Shown one piece after another: positions 36,390 through 50,900 of a DNA stretch of 64,000 bases (its first letter is position 1; the number at the start of each line of letters is the position of its first letter). The stretch is from Glycera tridactyla (taxonomy: Eukaryota). Under the pieces are notes generated by a model. The model worked only from the letters and a program-made list of their open reading frames with translations. It had not been told where the DNA came from and did no database searches. Location of the stretch: the NCBI GenBank assembly GCA_965644265.1, contig OZ286470.1, positions 6,386,001-6,450,000 on the forward strand, read 5' to 3'. Position numbers and translations under genes: made by a program.

Positions 36390-38660
36390 TACTATACTTT
36401 TGAGGCATGTCCTTGGATTTCTAAGTGGCTAAAGTGGCTAAAGTGAGAAATAAGTCATCTTCCCGAAGACCCCTCCTATTGGCAGAAGTAGCAAATATTT
36501 TCTTGAGCTTCCTTTCTGGAAATCTGGGTCACACAGCAAATGTCCTTGGTTCGATCCAGTTTCTCTATACTTAGCACAAAGTTAAGCTGAAGAAGTGGAG
36601 ATAACAGGGAGCACTAATACCAAGATTATTTTCGATCAACAAACCCAAACTGGTGACTGAAGGGTACTAGAACTCCACTCAGACATTGTGCTCCATCTCC
36701 ACTGATACTGGCCCAATTTTCATGATCTGAAAACACAGAGAATGCTCTTTGCTTATATTCGCAAGTCTTGCTGTTTGTTAACAAAAACACGGAAATCCGC
36801 GGAACAGTCATATCCCTGCATTGAGTCTTTCTTGTGTGTGAGTGATCCTCAACATCTATCCCTGGAGGATAATGTAAGCCATGTTTTTTTTTCCCAGATC
36901 TTTGTGAGCAGGGTGCTCCGTCTCTTATAAGACATATTGCAAGCTCATGATATTAATAAGTCTTCTTCGGTTTCTCTTTTACTTGCAATTTTCTGAGGAG
37001 CATCACCCGTAAAATTCAAGGATTCGGGCCTAAAATGAGTAGACTACGAGTTGCTACTCCAAAATTGTAGTGGTTGGCATCTCTGAGACTGAATGGAGGG
37101 GGGTAAAACATTGTTGACAACAAACAAGATATGACAAAAACACGAGATATAAATGCAAGCATACTTTAATCAACATAAGATAACAAAACAGAGCATAAAC
37201 ACAGTTGATATCTGTGACAGCGAGAAAGGAAAGATTGACATTTACGATAATCACATTATTGATACATAATACATTGTTCATAACTACATAAACATCATAC
37301 CAATCATCAACCAATACATACACTCAGAAGATTGGACAAATGAAGTCATACTGCAATTACAGGTAATATGTGTGGCTGATAAAATTTCATGGACTTATGT
37401 CATTCTTCAGGCAGTGTTGAATCCCAGAATTTCCCATTTTCTTTTTAGAATGGGGCCCTTTTCAATGCAATCGCGGGCCCTGATGCCCCCTAAATCAACA
37501 AGGTTGCACTACGCCATATTAGGTGAACCCATATGGGGAAGTTTTGTCCCCTTTTCTCAAAGTTAAGGGTAATTTGGGATGTAATGTTGTAATCTTCTTC
37601 GCCCTACTTCTTGGCACTTCAGTGTCCTCTTAATGCAACAAGTTGGTCCAGACTTATTTACCGGAAGGGCCATCATGGCCCCTTATCTTGAGAAGCAGAA
37701 TTTAGCTCATATGACCGTTGTTCTGTCCAGGAATATCGTGAGCATTTGCATACTCACGTAAGAACAACGATCATTACAGATAATTTTGTTAACTGCAATG
37801 ATCATATAATTGCCAATATTGTGCTATAGTCTCCATATCTGACTTACTGCATAGTGTTGAGAGACGGTTGAGTTCTCTTGTGTCTGTTGCATATTAAGGG
37901 CTACACCAGTAATGTAGGGTTCCCTGAATCAGCACTTTGCTACAGACCAACTACTTGAACATATACACATCCATTGATAGAAGATATTCATAGTCTTGGA
38001 AAGTGGAGGATCTTTTGAAGGATAATTTGCTGGGTTATACAGTGTGCTTTAGTAGATAGAATTGCAATGTTCTAGTGAGCTTGGCACAAGAAGTTTGAAG
38101 TCCTTTATATGTATATATACCAGATCAGAATAAGGAGTGAGAGGCGCATACCAAGACCGACCAGATCACACCACGAGAAGCTTGGGCTAAGTCAGGAGTT
38201 CCAAGTTACCATGAAAAGTTTGAGAGGTTGGCTTGACTCAAGAACAGGAGGATACAAAATTTAGTACCAAGCCAATACAGTCAAACTAATCAGAGACCTC
38301 ATAACAGAGGCCATCTGCCTACAAAGACCACCCTGAGGTGCGACCTTGATGTAATTGAGGGTGGTCTTTGTAGATGGGTTAAACTGAAAATGCATAAGAT
38401 GTGGATGTCAATTTTTTTTTGCTGATCAAGTTGTTGTTTACCCGATGAGGTTAGGTCTCGTCTTCAAAGCTTGCAAGACAGCTCAACAACTGTGGTGATA
38501 ACTGACTGGACAGTGAGAAACAGGATCTGACTGATAAGGCACATAACTGTCAATGCCCTACCCAGAAGTACATCTTTAGCACAAAGTTCTGAATACACAT
38601 ATGCATGGATATAATGAAATACTGTACAAAGCATTGCACATTGTCAATTCTCATTCTTGG

Positions 38661-38726
38661 AAGTTGGGTCCCGGACATAAGGGAAGCTAACGAAAGTTGG
38701 GTCCCGGACATAAGGGAAGCTAACGA
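38661..38726. repeat. Perfect 33-bp tandem duplication
   Basis: AAGTTGGGTCCCGGACATAAGGGAAGCTAACGA twice. Confidence 0.95.
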
Positions 38727-38757
38727 GTAATAACAAAGTTGGCTTCACAAATCTATA

Positions 38758-38918
38758 CAGTCGAACCTCTCTATGAGGACCGCCTTTGGTCGCATCAAAA
38801 AGTGGTCTTTATAGGGAGGTCATTTACTGTTGAAAATACTACCGCAGTCGCAGCTCAGGGTGGTCTTTATAGGGAGGTGGTCTTTATAGAGAGGTGGTCT
38901 CTACAGGAGGTTCGACTG
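38758..38918. mobile_element. pogo/Tigger-like MITE (family C)
   Basis: TA|CAGTCGAACCTC...GAGGTTCGACTG|TA. Relatives at about 26717-26868 and 62602-62775. Confidence 0.88.
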
Positions 38919-41743
38919 TATATATCAATTGCACTAAGTAGAAATGGATGAGTTACAGTGTCATACATGGATAGGTGTTAGATTATCACAGTATCTGTAA
39001 CATGCTTCTTCTCCTCTAACATTTATAACAAAAATCTCGTCATGGTTAAATACCTTATACCACACCATGAGCATTTAATCTTCACTTGTCAAGGAGTGGC
39101 AAGTCCCACATGGAATCTAGCTAACACCAATATAAAAGCGAGTAAGTAGTTTTACATACATAGCAATTAAATGCCTGAACACCATGTACAGCGAGCGGGC
39201 ATACATTCTCCACCCATGATCAAGCTTTATACATTCATCAATTTCCATGGTCATGTAAAATCAGACCTATTTACATCTCAATGATATTTTACTTCTATAA
39301 TTCTTGAAGAGTAACCCATTTCTCAGTGGATGTGACAAAATTCATATTACTTCCATTAAGTTACAAAATGAAGATACAATGCAAAATAATCACATAATTG
39401 GGAATGTTTCATCCAGAGTATCAGTCACTTTCTGGAATTCTAGGTTTACTTCCAATATCTGATGATGTGGGGATCAGTGATTGATCACATTTGCATTATG
39501 GAATTTATGCAACCACAGTTAGTTTTTTTCTGTAGATTTCCCGAGGTCACATATATGCATGGTGTATTCACACCATAGGGGTTTTCTTATACAGATTCAA
39601 ATACCCTAGAGACAATTCTTCCCCGTTGCTCTACTAAAATATTCAGAGGGGAGTATGACAAATTAATGATAGTATAAATGGAAGTCCTACATGCGACAGA
39701 TATCATGCGGAGCTCCCCAAAATCATCAGGAAAATATTGGTGCCAGTATATTGAAGCATGCACAGATATGATATGAAACAAAATCTTTCTTGGTCCAAAG
39801 AAATTATCGGGAATTTGATTGGGAATCAAAAGTGGAATGTTGATGAAGTACTGAAAAAGTGCAACCAGAAAGTTACGTCAAACAGCCCAATACTTTGTTA
39901 TCAAATATATTTGCAACGAACAACTATCTGTTTTCAAACAGGTATTCTTGGAAACTTTGTGTGCTTCCCAGTCACATGGATTTCAAAAAGGTGGATATGA
40001 CAAGATACATAATAATTATCAAAATTAACCTTTGATAGAACTATCTCATCAGCTAAATATCTACATAGAAAAATGGCTGAGAATAGATCACTCTTCACAG
40101 GTGGCCCCATAAATCAATGGAAGTTGGTGCTGGAATTACAGTGTATGTTATCTCACAATATATAGAGGACTTGACATTATACTGACCATGTTATTGGAAA
40201 CACTTGCCAGTCATGACAGGTTGGCACAGTTTTAATGTGTTAGCTAAGAAAATGAGGGAAGTATATACTTGCTCTGTTATTGAACCATATATGATCATAA
40301 ATAATGAATCAAATTTATTCCAATCATGTAAAAAATCAATATCTCGCAGAATACTGCAGTGCACCAAATATAGATCAATCGCTCCACGAGCAAAACTCTG
40401 ATCATGGAATGACCGGATATCATAGAATATGCATACAAGGCATTGTAAAGCATAGCCCTGCCTCGTTTATGATATACAGTGAAACTTGTGACAATCAACC
40501 ACCTCTGACAGGAAACTGCTTTTCAGGGGCGGGTTCCCTATCTGAAAAGTCAACTGCACCTCTTGAAGGACCACCTCTTGGTGAAATTTAGGGCAGTCCC
40601 CTGTCACAAATTTCACCGTTAAAGATTTTATTTCACAACTTTGAGCTGGTTTCAAACTCAAATCCTACATCACCGTCTTGGTCAGTCATATTCTTATGAC
40701 ATGAACCCATTCATTGGTCAATTGGCCAGTTGATTTCAATTCAACAATATTTTTCAACCAGTGAGATAATATATGCCATGTGTACCTAATTTATTACAGC
40801 TCGATGTATTGCCCCTTCCATGCATCTCTCCCGAACGCACGAGGTTGGGGAACACAAAAGGCTGTCAGTTAGGACATACCTCTACCTACATGTCATAAAA
40901 TAGACATCTGGCCAATATGAGAATGAAAGGGTTCCACCAAATCTTGATTTCCAAAATAAACAATTTCCATTGAAGATTGTGGTTATATCCCAGCTCATAG
41001 AATATAACTTGATCCAGCTCATAGAATATAGAACATTGCTCCAAGGTATAGGAGATGATATTCCCCACTTTGTAATCTTCTGAAAATGTCATATTGGTGG
41101 CATGATGAAACATTTTGGTATCCCAACATCAAATTTGATGGCATCCTAATATAACTTAACCGGTGTGTGACATAACACTCATCATTCATCGATCTAAACC
41201 ATTCATATCAAGCGTTTGTTTCCATTGCAGAGAATGAGGAAAGACAAAACATCCTCAGTGAAAACAAACAAACTATCCTTCATCATCTTCGATGTAAATA
41301 TGCAATAACTGGAGATGTTAATATGCATGTCTCTCAAAAAACTACCATTGCCATGATGGACCCATGACAAATTTTTCCTGATCCACATCTAGAAGTAGAA
41401 ACATGGAGTCAGGAATGTATTTTATGCAGTACTACTATTTCTTTCACTCTTCTGGAAACGAAACACCCACTGCAATTTTGACCGGTTTCTTGGGTGCTTT
41501 ATTGTAACATGCCTGAAAATTTTCACCTGTTGAACGCCAGCCATAGAGCTATACTGGCATCTAATAAACAATTCACAATCCTGATGGGATGGAGTCAAAA
41601 AAGGATTCATCTCTGACCCTTCCACATTGACATATTCCAGAATCACCCTGGTGTTTTGGCTTCCATGGATTAGCTCTTGGATTGTGCCATCAACATGGAA
41701 GGATGTGGCGTGTGATATGGAGGGATAATCAATGAAGACAACT

Positions 41744-41914
41744 TTATGACGTGAGTGATTTCTGTGATGGCTGATAATCCACCATCATGAGACAAGCGAA
41801 CACAGTCATCACCATCTTGGGTTTGACCTCCATGATATCCTCTGGCAGGGCGTATACTCGAGCACCAATTTTACGAGCCATTGAAATAGCGAATTTGGCA
41901 TTATCCTCTCTCTC
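41744..41914 (-). CDS. PLS3: Plastin last exon
   Basis: [43 protein letters not shown]...LTS, then TAA at 41746-41744. Candidate AATAAA at 41503-41498. Confidence 0.96.
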   Translation of the reverse strand, partial: EREDNAKFAISMARKIGARVYALPEDIMEVKPKMVMTVFACLMMVDYQPSQKSLTS

Positions 41915-44900
41915 CTGCAAAGAAACAGAACAAGCTAAAGTTACTATGGTACAAAGCAAGCATATCTGTTCAGTGTCTTCATCACAAATGGCTAGCATTG
42001 TATGAGAGAGAAGGCTTCTGGTAGACCTAGTTAAGTGATGAAAATTCTTGTGACACAAAAAAAATTATATCTGTGGTATCTTTTCATAATTTACAGGAGT
42101 TATTGACATTTTACTGCGAGAAAAAATAATTCATGCCAGCAGTGTCATGAGTGAGTAACCAAGATGGCAGCCCCCACCACTGTGATGAGCAAGGTCAACA
42201 GGTGAAGTTGACCCATACCTACTCCATGAGTTAGTTCCTAACAGATATCACAGAAGTTGCTTCTTCATAACCTCCCATCCAATGCCATCTGACTTCCTTC
42301 AACCCCCCCCCCCGCGATTCCCGATTTTCCCCCTTGTATCATTCCCCCATCCAGACCGCCCAACTGGTTACTAGATAGGATAGCAGGAGAACTGGAAGAT
42401 ATATCACTTGACTGGACAGAGGAAGAATTGGTGAATCAGGAAAGCTCATCAGTGAAAAACCGGGGTCAGGGTATTGGCCACTTTAATAGAGGAAGATCTG
42501 ACGGGCCAGTCAAGTTTTTTGGACCTAACCCCTGTCCAATCTAAACCTCACCATACACCAACAAACATTGGACATGGGCATACTGTACTGAAGAAGAGGG
42601 TTGTAATAGCATTGGCACAGACGATCTTAGGTTGCTATAGAATGGCACCTCCTATGTAGTGACATGGCCCTCTGAAGGCAGCCATACCTCTCCATACCAA
42701 ATAGAGTAGCCCTAACTGATATGTGTAGAGTCAGCACTTGCCACTATCTGGTAAGCAATATTATTTTCTGTGATAATATCTACCAAATCAAAACATCTCA
42801 CTGTTTGTTGACACAAGATTATAAGCCAACACACCTTATCTGATGCTCCTGGTTTGACAAGGTCATAGTTCACACTACCAGGTTTGATGGAATCCACAAG
42901 GTCGATCACAACCTTTCCGTCACCTATCACCGAGTCATTGAAACTGTTGATGTGTGATTTCTTCCCACTAGCTTTCAGCTGTAACAGAAGAGCAACCATG
43001 AGGTGAACAGATGAAGTACATGTATGTGCCACTGAAACATCATATGATGGATGAATGAATAGCAGAAATATCAAAGATGGTAGGGTGGAATTTCTCACAT
43101 ATTCATCTTTATCAAATGCAACAATTACATAAGGAAAATGGACTGAACATGAATGAGTGCTTAGTTTCCACATGTCAAAGATAGAAACACCCTTGAGATC
43201 ATCCTGGACTCAAATTACTAAAGACTCATGTCATGTCCATTCTGTATGGCATGTGCAACTCAAGATACATGTATGTTTCCACTGGATAGGTTAAGACACT
43301 TTTGCTATGATACAACACAAATAAACACCAAAGTCCAATTTGACTTTACATCAAAGAAGTCAACAAAATCATCAACTCAACGGCAAACATGCTTCAGTAA
43401 ATGTCTCAACTGAGGTGAGACATGGACGACTGCTTTTCAGTAGAATTTAGGTAGGAGTAGAAGTTCTCAGGCCTGCTGCTGGGTTTTGAGAGTCAACTGT
43501 AATTCTGGACTTACTTTGTCGTTGGCCCAGACAATGATTTCCTTCTCGATGATTGGATGTCCCGTCTCGGCAAGCTTGGTGAGAATACTTAATGTGTACG
43601 CCTTCATCAGCTGCCATACCAAGGCTGCAAAGAGAAAGAGAAAAACAATCAATGTTAAAAGATGATTCCTCAGAGAAGGGGCCATGAATATCCCAGTCCA
43701 TTACTTTGCAGACTTTTTCAAGTGCAGTCTTCACAAAAACTGTAAAATCTAGACTCTCCCATTGGGAGAGTGGGTTTGGTTTTTCACTCTCCCCAAAGCA
43801 AATTCACTCTCCCCGGGATTTGGGAGAGTGGCTAAATTCGAAGACTGCAAGTGAATTTGACTATCACATACTCAGCAGAATCATTAATTTCAGAGGATAT
43901 TCAGATATTTTCAACAATAGCTGATCACATCCCCAGATGAAGTCTCAATTATGCAAGTCATGAAATGTAGTCTCTGAAGCCAGTATCCCATCTGAAGCCC
44001 CGATAAATGACGAGTGAGTTAACTCAAAATGGCAAATCTTTTCTCAAATATTGTGATTTTCTCGGACAATGATGACAATTGACAGCACCTCGCTGAGATG
44101 GCTGAAATGATTTTTTTCACTCATAGGGTGGGGAGGGTGGATCAAAATGATGCTGAATAAAATCCTGACCCTCATCAAGCCACATCAAACTTCCTGGTAG
44201 CCCATATTGTGTCATGGGATTTTCACAATTGTCATTTGAACATGGGACATTCAAGAATGTGAATTGGTTAACCAATCACAGTGGAGAGTCAGATTAGCCA
44301 TGAATGTACACTAGAGTAATTCCTCACCTTGGCAGCTGTGAAGTTCAGTTAGGAGTGATGGAAAAGGTCAAGGTCAGGGATCTATTGATCTTAAGTGTCA
44401 GCTGTTCATAAACCCTTTCCTTCACATATTAACTTTCAGCTCCATATATCTTTCATTCATTCGTTACATTTGACATCATCCACTATACAAGGACATATAC
44501 TCTCATACATACTCATAGGCAACTGACCAATTTTGTGAGTTGAATTCTCTGAATTCCCCTGCCACTGATATGGAATGTGCCCATTCTACATGATCATATC
44601 CAGTCAAGGCATGGGGACATCATAGAAGTTTGGTTGAGTCTGGGCCCCCATTTCAGGGCCATCACAGGCCAAAATGCTCCTTGAATCAGTGAGAAGGTTG
44701 CACTTAAATCCTATTGAGCGGGCCCATTCTGAGAGATTTGGTGATTTGGTTTGATTTGGTTGAGATTACCAGCATGTATTAACCCAGAAAATTATGTATG
44801 CTGCCTTTAATTTATCTTATCTATGAAAGATAGATGCTCTGTCCCCTGTAATGGGGAATAGTTGGTGAGGAAATGCCCAATTTTTGCAAAACATAGGAGG

Positions 44901-47900
44901 CAAGTACCCCCTCCCCTTCTGTTAATCAAGGATGCAACCCTGAAATTCTAGCTGTAAAGGATAAGAGAAGATTGATACTCACCAAGTGTTAATGTCTCGT
45001 TGCCATCATAGAGATCCTTGCCACCAATGCCAACCAATGAAAACTTCACCTGCTGTCCCAATTCAACAGCATAATTGCAATTTTCTGCAAAGAAGAATAT
45101 AAATGATCAGTCTATAAGGTCTTACATTAATAGAATAGTATACGTTTATCGAGATGTTATTCTGTGCAACTAAATGCAAATGCACATGCATGCATGGACA
45201 CATATGGACACACTAACACTTATACACAAACACCCACCCACCCATCCAAACAGACTGTCATGCACACACACACGCACCCACGCACGCGCGCGCACGCACG
45301 CACGCACACGCACGCACGCACACACACACACACACACACACACGGTCAAAATTCCTGGTGCTAGTGAGATTCCTGGATATCACACTCACCGATTTTCTCC
45401 ATAAGCATGCGCATTTTGTTGAACTTCTTGTGGACTCGCTTCCAGTCGACGATGCCGGGTTTAATGATATCGTAGAGTTGAAAGATGATCAGTCCATCGG
45501 CCAGATCACTATAAATATGATTCACGTAGGGAGACACTCCTAAACTGTTCATCCAGTTACGATATGCTGAAAAACATGGATTTATTTACCATGAACCCAA
45601 ATCTCATTGGCATCAGGTATCCCACAATCATTTCTGTTGTGACCTCAATTTGGCATTGATTCTCAGAGGGCAGATTTAAAATGAATTGGCAAGAAAAAAT
45701 ATCACGAGTGATAATCACAATTTAATTGTTGTTGACTTAGATACATAGTTGATGTAAAGCCACACAAAGATAGTATGAGTGCCCAATGGTAATGCAAATA
45801 CAGTTGAACCTGTCTGTAAAGGTCATCTTCCATCCTATCAAAAAGTGGCCTTTTTATCATCACAGTTGCAACTCGAACTGGCCTTCATAGGCAGGTGGTC
45901 TGTACTTGCACCAGGTATGCTCTCATTCCCTGGTTTCTGAGATAAGTATACGACATGGTGAAAAGCCAGTACAGAAGAACCTGTGATGAGAAATCACCTG
46001 TGATAAGGCAAGCAGACTTTCATGAACACTTTTTCCTAATATTTTTCTGCATCTATTCCAGTGCCAAGCAAGCATCTGTCTCGCTGGACCAAATATTAAG
46101 TCATTCAGGGTGCTTGTTTGTCGCAGGATTGACTGTATATCGATTGAACTACACTCTCCACAAACTTCTGTGCTAATTGGAAACTGCGGTATGTTCCATA
46201 CCGCACTTCATGGTTCACGTCATTTCATCTCCTGATAAGAACATGATGGAGATAATTTTGATGACTGCTTACTTTTTTCTTCTCTTGTTTCCTCGTGGAT
46301 ATCTTCTGGATCAAAGTCCTCGGGTTTCTCCAGGGCAGGATATGTGTTGAATAAGTTGGCAACGAAGGCCAAGTTCAGTTTGTAGTTTCCAGTGACGACA
46401 TCATTGGGTGACACAAAACTTCGGCAGCCAATTTTGTCAGCTTCTTGTAACATACGCTCAGCACGCTCCACTTGGTCTGGCTCCTGAAAGTTCATCACAT
46501 CACATTCTTACAATTGCTATCCTTCACTTTTCCCAATTGGGTTTTCTTCCATATTCTTGTATCCAAAAATGATGCTCGAGCAACAAAATTAGACTTTCCC
46601 TAAATCACTGTGAGTACCGTGAAACTACCTATCAAAAAACATAGCCTTCACTGAAGGCGGACCTCGTCTCAATGAAGCCAACTCAAACGCCTCGAATATA
46701 TGTAACACATAGATGACCCAACTCATGCTGTGGAAATCAATTTTCAAACAAAGGTTGGATCTATCAGCTGATGCTCATCAGAAGTCACGTCTGGTTCACA
46801 TTTACATTTTTGTCCCCCAAAATCAAGCAAGGTTGTCATCGGTCCCAATCCATTGCAGGCATTTGTGAAGGAATGCTATGAAAGGCATCAGTGTCAAGTT
46901 TAGTGTGTGGCTAGGGGCAGCAACAATCTTTAAGAAAAATCCATTTCTGAATATCCACTTTTGTCCCAAAAGTCGATAAGCATTGTCAGGAACCCTGATC
47001 CCCGGCTTGCATTCATTAGGGAATGATATAAATTGCATCCATACCAAGTTTGGAGTGGCTACGGAAAGCCAACATCTTTGGAAAAGTCCATTTCTGAAAA
47101 ACCAATTTTCACCCCAAAACCAACCAGGCCTGTTGGGAGACCCCATTGGGTTGTCATCAGTCCCCATCCATTGCAGGCATTTGTGAAGAAATGCTATGAA
47201 ATCCAGTGTGGCTAGGGGCAGCAACAATCTTTAGGAAAAATCCATTTCTGAAAATCCACTTTTGTCCCAAAAGTTGATCAGCATTGTCAAGAGCCCTGAT
47301 CCCTGGCTAGCATTCATTAGAGAATGATATAAATTGCATCTGTACCAAGTTTGGAGTGGCTATTGACAGCCACCATCTTCTGAAAAACCAATTTCCCCCC
47401 AAAAAACAACCAGGCCTGTTGGGAGACCCCATCTATGGCCAGCATTCATTAGGGAATGCTATGAACTACATCCATGCCAAGTTTGCTGTGGCTATGGACA
47501 GCCAACATCTTTAGAAAAATCCATTTCTGAAAAACCAATTTTCACCCCAAAATCAGCCAGGCCTGTTGGGAGACCCCATCTATGGCTAGCATTCATTAGG
47601 GAATGCTATCAAGTACATTTGTACCAAGTATGATGTGGCTACGGACAGCCAACATCTTTAGAAAAATCCATTTCTGGAAAACCAATTTTCACCCCAAAAC
47701 CAACCAGGCCTGTTGGGAGACCCCATCTATGGCTAGCATTCATTAGGGAATGCTATTATGTACATCTGTACCAAGTATGATGTGGCTACGGACAGCCACC
47801 TTCTTTAGAAAAGTCCATTTCTGAGAAAACAATTTTCACCCAAAAACCAACCAGGCCTGTTGGGAGACCCCATCTATGGCTAGCATTCATTAGGTAATGC

Positions 47901-50900
47901 TATCAAGTACATCTGTACCAATTATGGTGTGGCTTCGGACAGCCACCTTCTTTAGAAAAATCCATTTCTGGAAAAGCAATTTTCACCCAAAAACCAACCA
48001 GGCCTGTTGGGAGAGCCAATCCATGGCTGGCATCTATTAAGGAATGCTATGAGATCCATCTGTATCAAGTTTGGGATGACTGGGGACTAAAAAACTCACC
48101 AGAAATAGCTGAGTTCATTCATTACAAAAAAATTATTTTTTGCCCCAAAATCACCGATCTGGCACTTATCAGTCATCATGGGCAATATACAACCACAGGG
48201 GATAAAGATACATGTGGAGAATCAACTGCAAACTGAACAACAATAAATTGGATTATCAGAAATAGCTCACAGATGGCCCATCATTTCAAAAAAACCAATT
48301 TTCAACCCAAAATTAATCAAGCAGAACACTGGGATGCTACCTTGATGATGGCTGGATTCATTAGTAGATGTAATGAAGTACAGTGAAACCTGCTCGAGTG
48401 AAAACCTGCGCTAGGCAAAATCCTGTCTTGAGCACATACCCCACGGTCTGCCCGAATGTTTTTTTCTCACTATAATTGTCCTGCGCTGAGCAAAATCCTG
48501 TCTTAAGTGAAAGAAAAATTTGGTCCCGTGACTTTTCACTTAAGACAGGTTTTACTGTATATGCATGCTAAATGTCATGGAGCTGGGCACTCTGGTTGCT
48601 GAGCAATGTGACTTTAACATGACTTCAACATTGCCCCCAATGACAGAGTCCCATCATTTCAAGAAACCTAAGTTTCAACCCAAAATTAATCAAGCAGAAC
48701 ATTGGGATGCCACCTTGATGATGGCTGGATTCATTAGTAAATGTACTGAAGTATATGCATGCCAAATACAGTGTTGCATCTAGGAATTGGTCAAGTGATT
48801 CTCACATGGGGCCAATCAGGATTGAGGTGGGGCCAAAATCGAACCGCGAACCCCATTCCAACTGACCGTCACTAGTCGCTATTTGGCCATTAGAAATACG
48901 ATCGCGAGAAACCGGGTTATCGGGTATGGGGTATCAGAAACTGTGAGAACGCTTTTGCATCGCGGCCGCTGATTGGCCGAGAGCTGCCAGTTTCGATTCC
49001 ATTGGCCAATCAGAATCGAGATTACAGCGGGGCTTCGTCTCCGAATGCAGCCGGGCGATATTAGAGGAATCGCCAAAATGGCGATCTTTCTTCTCGTTTC
49101 TCCATCATAAATACCAATGATACAGGTTTCTGGCGCAGCCCATCGCTCAATTTGCGTGAGTTTTTCTATATTTGCGTATGGCTTGGCGCCCCAGCCTTCA
49201 GATTTCGCGCCCAGTTGTCATTTATTCGCGTAAATCCCGCACTCCCGCGGCCTGGATGCAACTCTGCAAATATCATGAAGCTAGGCCTTCTAGTTGCTGA
49301 GTAAAGTGACTTCAACATGACCTTAACGCTGACCTTAACGCCGACGCCGGAGTGACCGCAATACCTCCCCTCAACTTCGTCGAGACGAGGTAAAAATTGA
49401 AAAAATCTTTTTATTTCTTCTGACAATGAAGCTTCTCCTATTCTGCTCAAGCGCACAGAAGAGATCTCTGGAAATTTGCAAATGGAGCAACGTAGCTAAA
49501 ATTTTGATTTAGCATCAAAATATTCTAAACCCTACATGCAACTATCTCCAGCTCTACAAATTGTGTCTTTAGTCAAGTTTTTTGTACATATGTTCTTGCT
49601 CTCGTCTTGCATGGAAAAGCTCCATATTTGGGGTAATTTGTGTTTGATGATTTGTTTCAAGTCAATATATGAATCTGCCAGGAGATCCAATTAGCTATGT
49701 AAGATATACCTATTTTAGACAACAAATTCATGGAATTACTGGAGGTGTCATCTATGAAGTTGGCTGAGACTCACATGTTCGGCATGAGTGGAGACGCCCA
49801 TGTCACGCGGCGCGATCTGGTGAAGAAGGTGGATATAAGCGACGGAGTCCTTGATATCGCCCGTGAAGTTGCCGATCTGTCGTCCACATCCGGACTTCTC
49901 GAGATGGTAGTTGACCCATCGGATGAGGATCTCCTCTGGTGTCAATTTCATGAACTCCTCCAGCGATTCTCCCTCGCGCAGCAGAGCAGCCAAGCCAGGA
50001 TGTTCGTGTAAGTTGATGTCACTCAACAAACCAATCTGCAAAACGAACAATCATGTGGTAAATCGGTTCTAATTAAAATTAGAAATCAAATTTATGTAAT
50101 CTACATCACTTGGTATTAAACCAGAAGTCACATCAGTTCTACTTATACCAGCGTTAAAGTGTTCAGCAAGGAACAATACGATCAAGACGATCATCGATCA
50201 CCCTGCTTTATTGACTATTTCCTACACATGACAATGTTGCCTGGATGCTGGTCAACTCCATGGTGTGCCGCATCTTGAAAATTCCAAATTGATGTGTTCT
50301 GGGTTTCATGTTCGATGTTTTGGAATGTTTCCTAAATTGCAAATCCACATCTAAAACCAAGGCATGTCAACTGCTGATGGACAAAAATAGTAAATAAATC
50401 AATTTACAAAAGCAGTGAGGGCAGCACTGGTCCAGCATGATTGAGGAAAACTTACTTTCAAGTAGCGCTATTAGGTGAAGCATGACAAAATTAAAGCTCA
50501 AGAAAAAAAATGATACCGGAAACGACTCTGAGTAATATTTCATTTTTCATAACTTTTTTCTTCCTTTTTTTTGGGGGGGGGGGGGGGGGGGGTGGGGTTA
50601 AGTTACTTACTCGGATGATCTGCCAGAGCAGTCCAAGCACCAGATGGGGTTTGCCTTTCTCGAGATCTTCAGCTCCGATGTTCACGATGTTGCACCCGAT
50701 GGACTGTGCAGAGTTCAAGGCCAAGGTCAGGTTCTCGTGAATCCGATAAACACTGAGGTTGGTTTTGTTGATCGTTCGCTCATCTATTGTTCCTGGCTGT
50801 GATTTGTTGATCATTTTACTGAAATGAAAAAGAATACTTGGAATATAATACCCAGAGATCGAAAGCCTGGAACTAGAGACCAACCTAAATTCAGTCTTAC

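Larger units (their letters stand above)
46634..49396 (-). mobile_element. Structurally complete HINE/DINE-1-like Helentron-associated element, 2.76 kb, in a plastin intron
   Basis: Perfect 10-bp subterminal inverted repeat (46661-46670 and 49382-49391), 3' hairpin GCCTTCA-C-TGAAGGC (46644-46658), T-rich ends on the element strand, internal 147-bp array. Confidence 0.78.
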
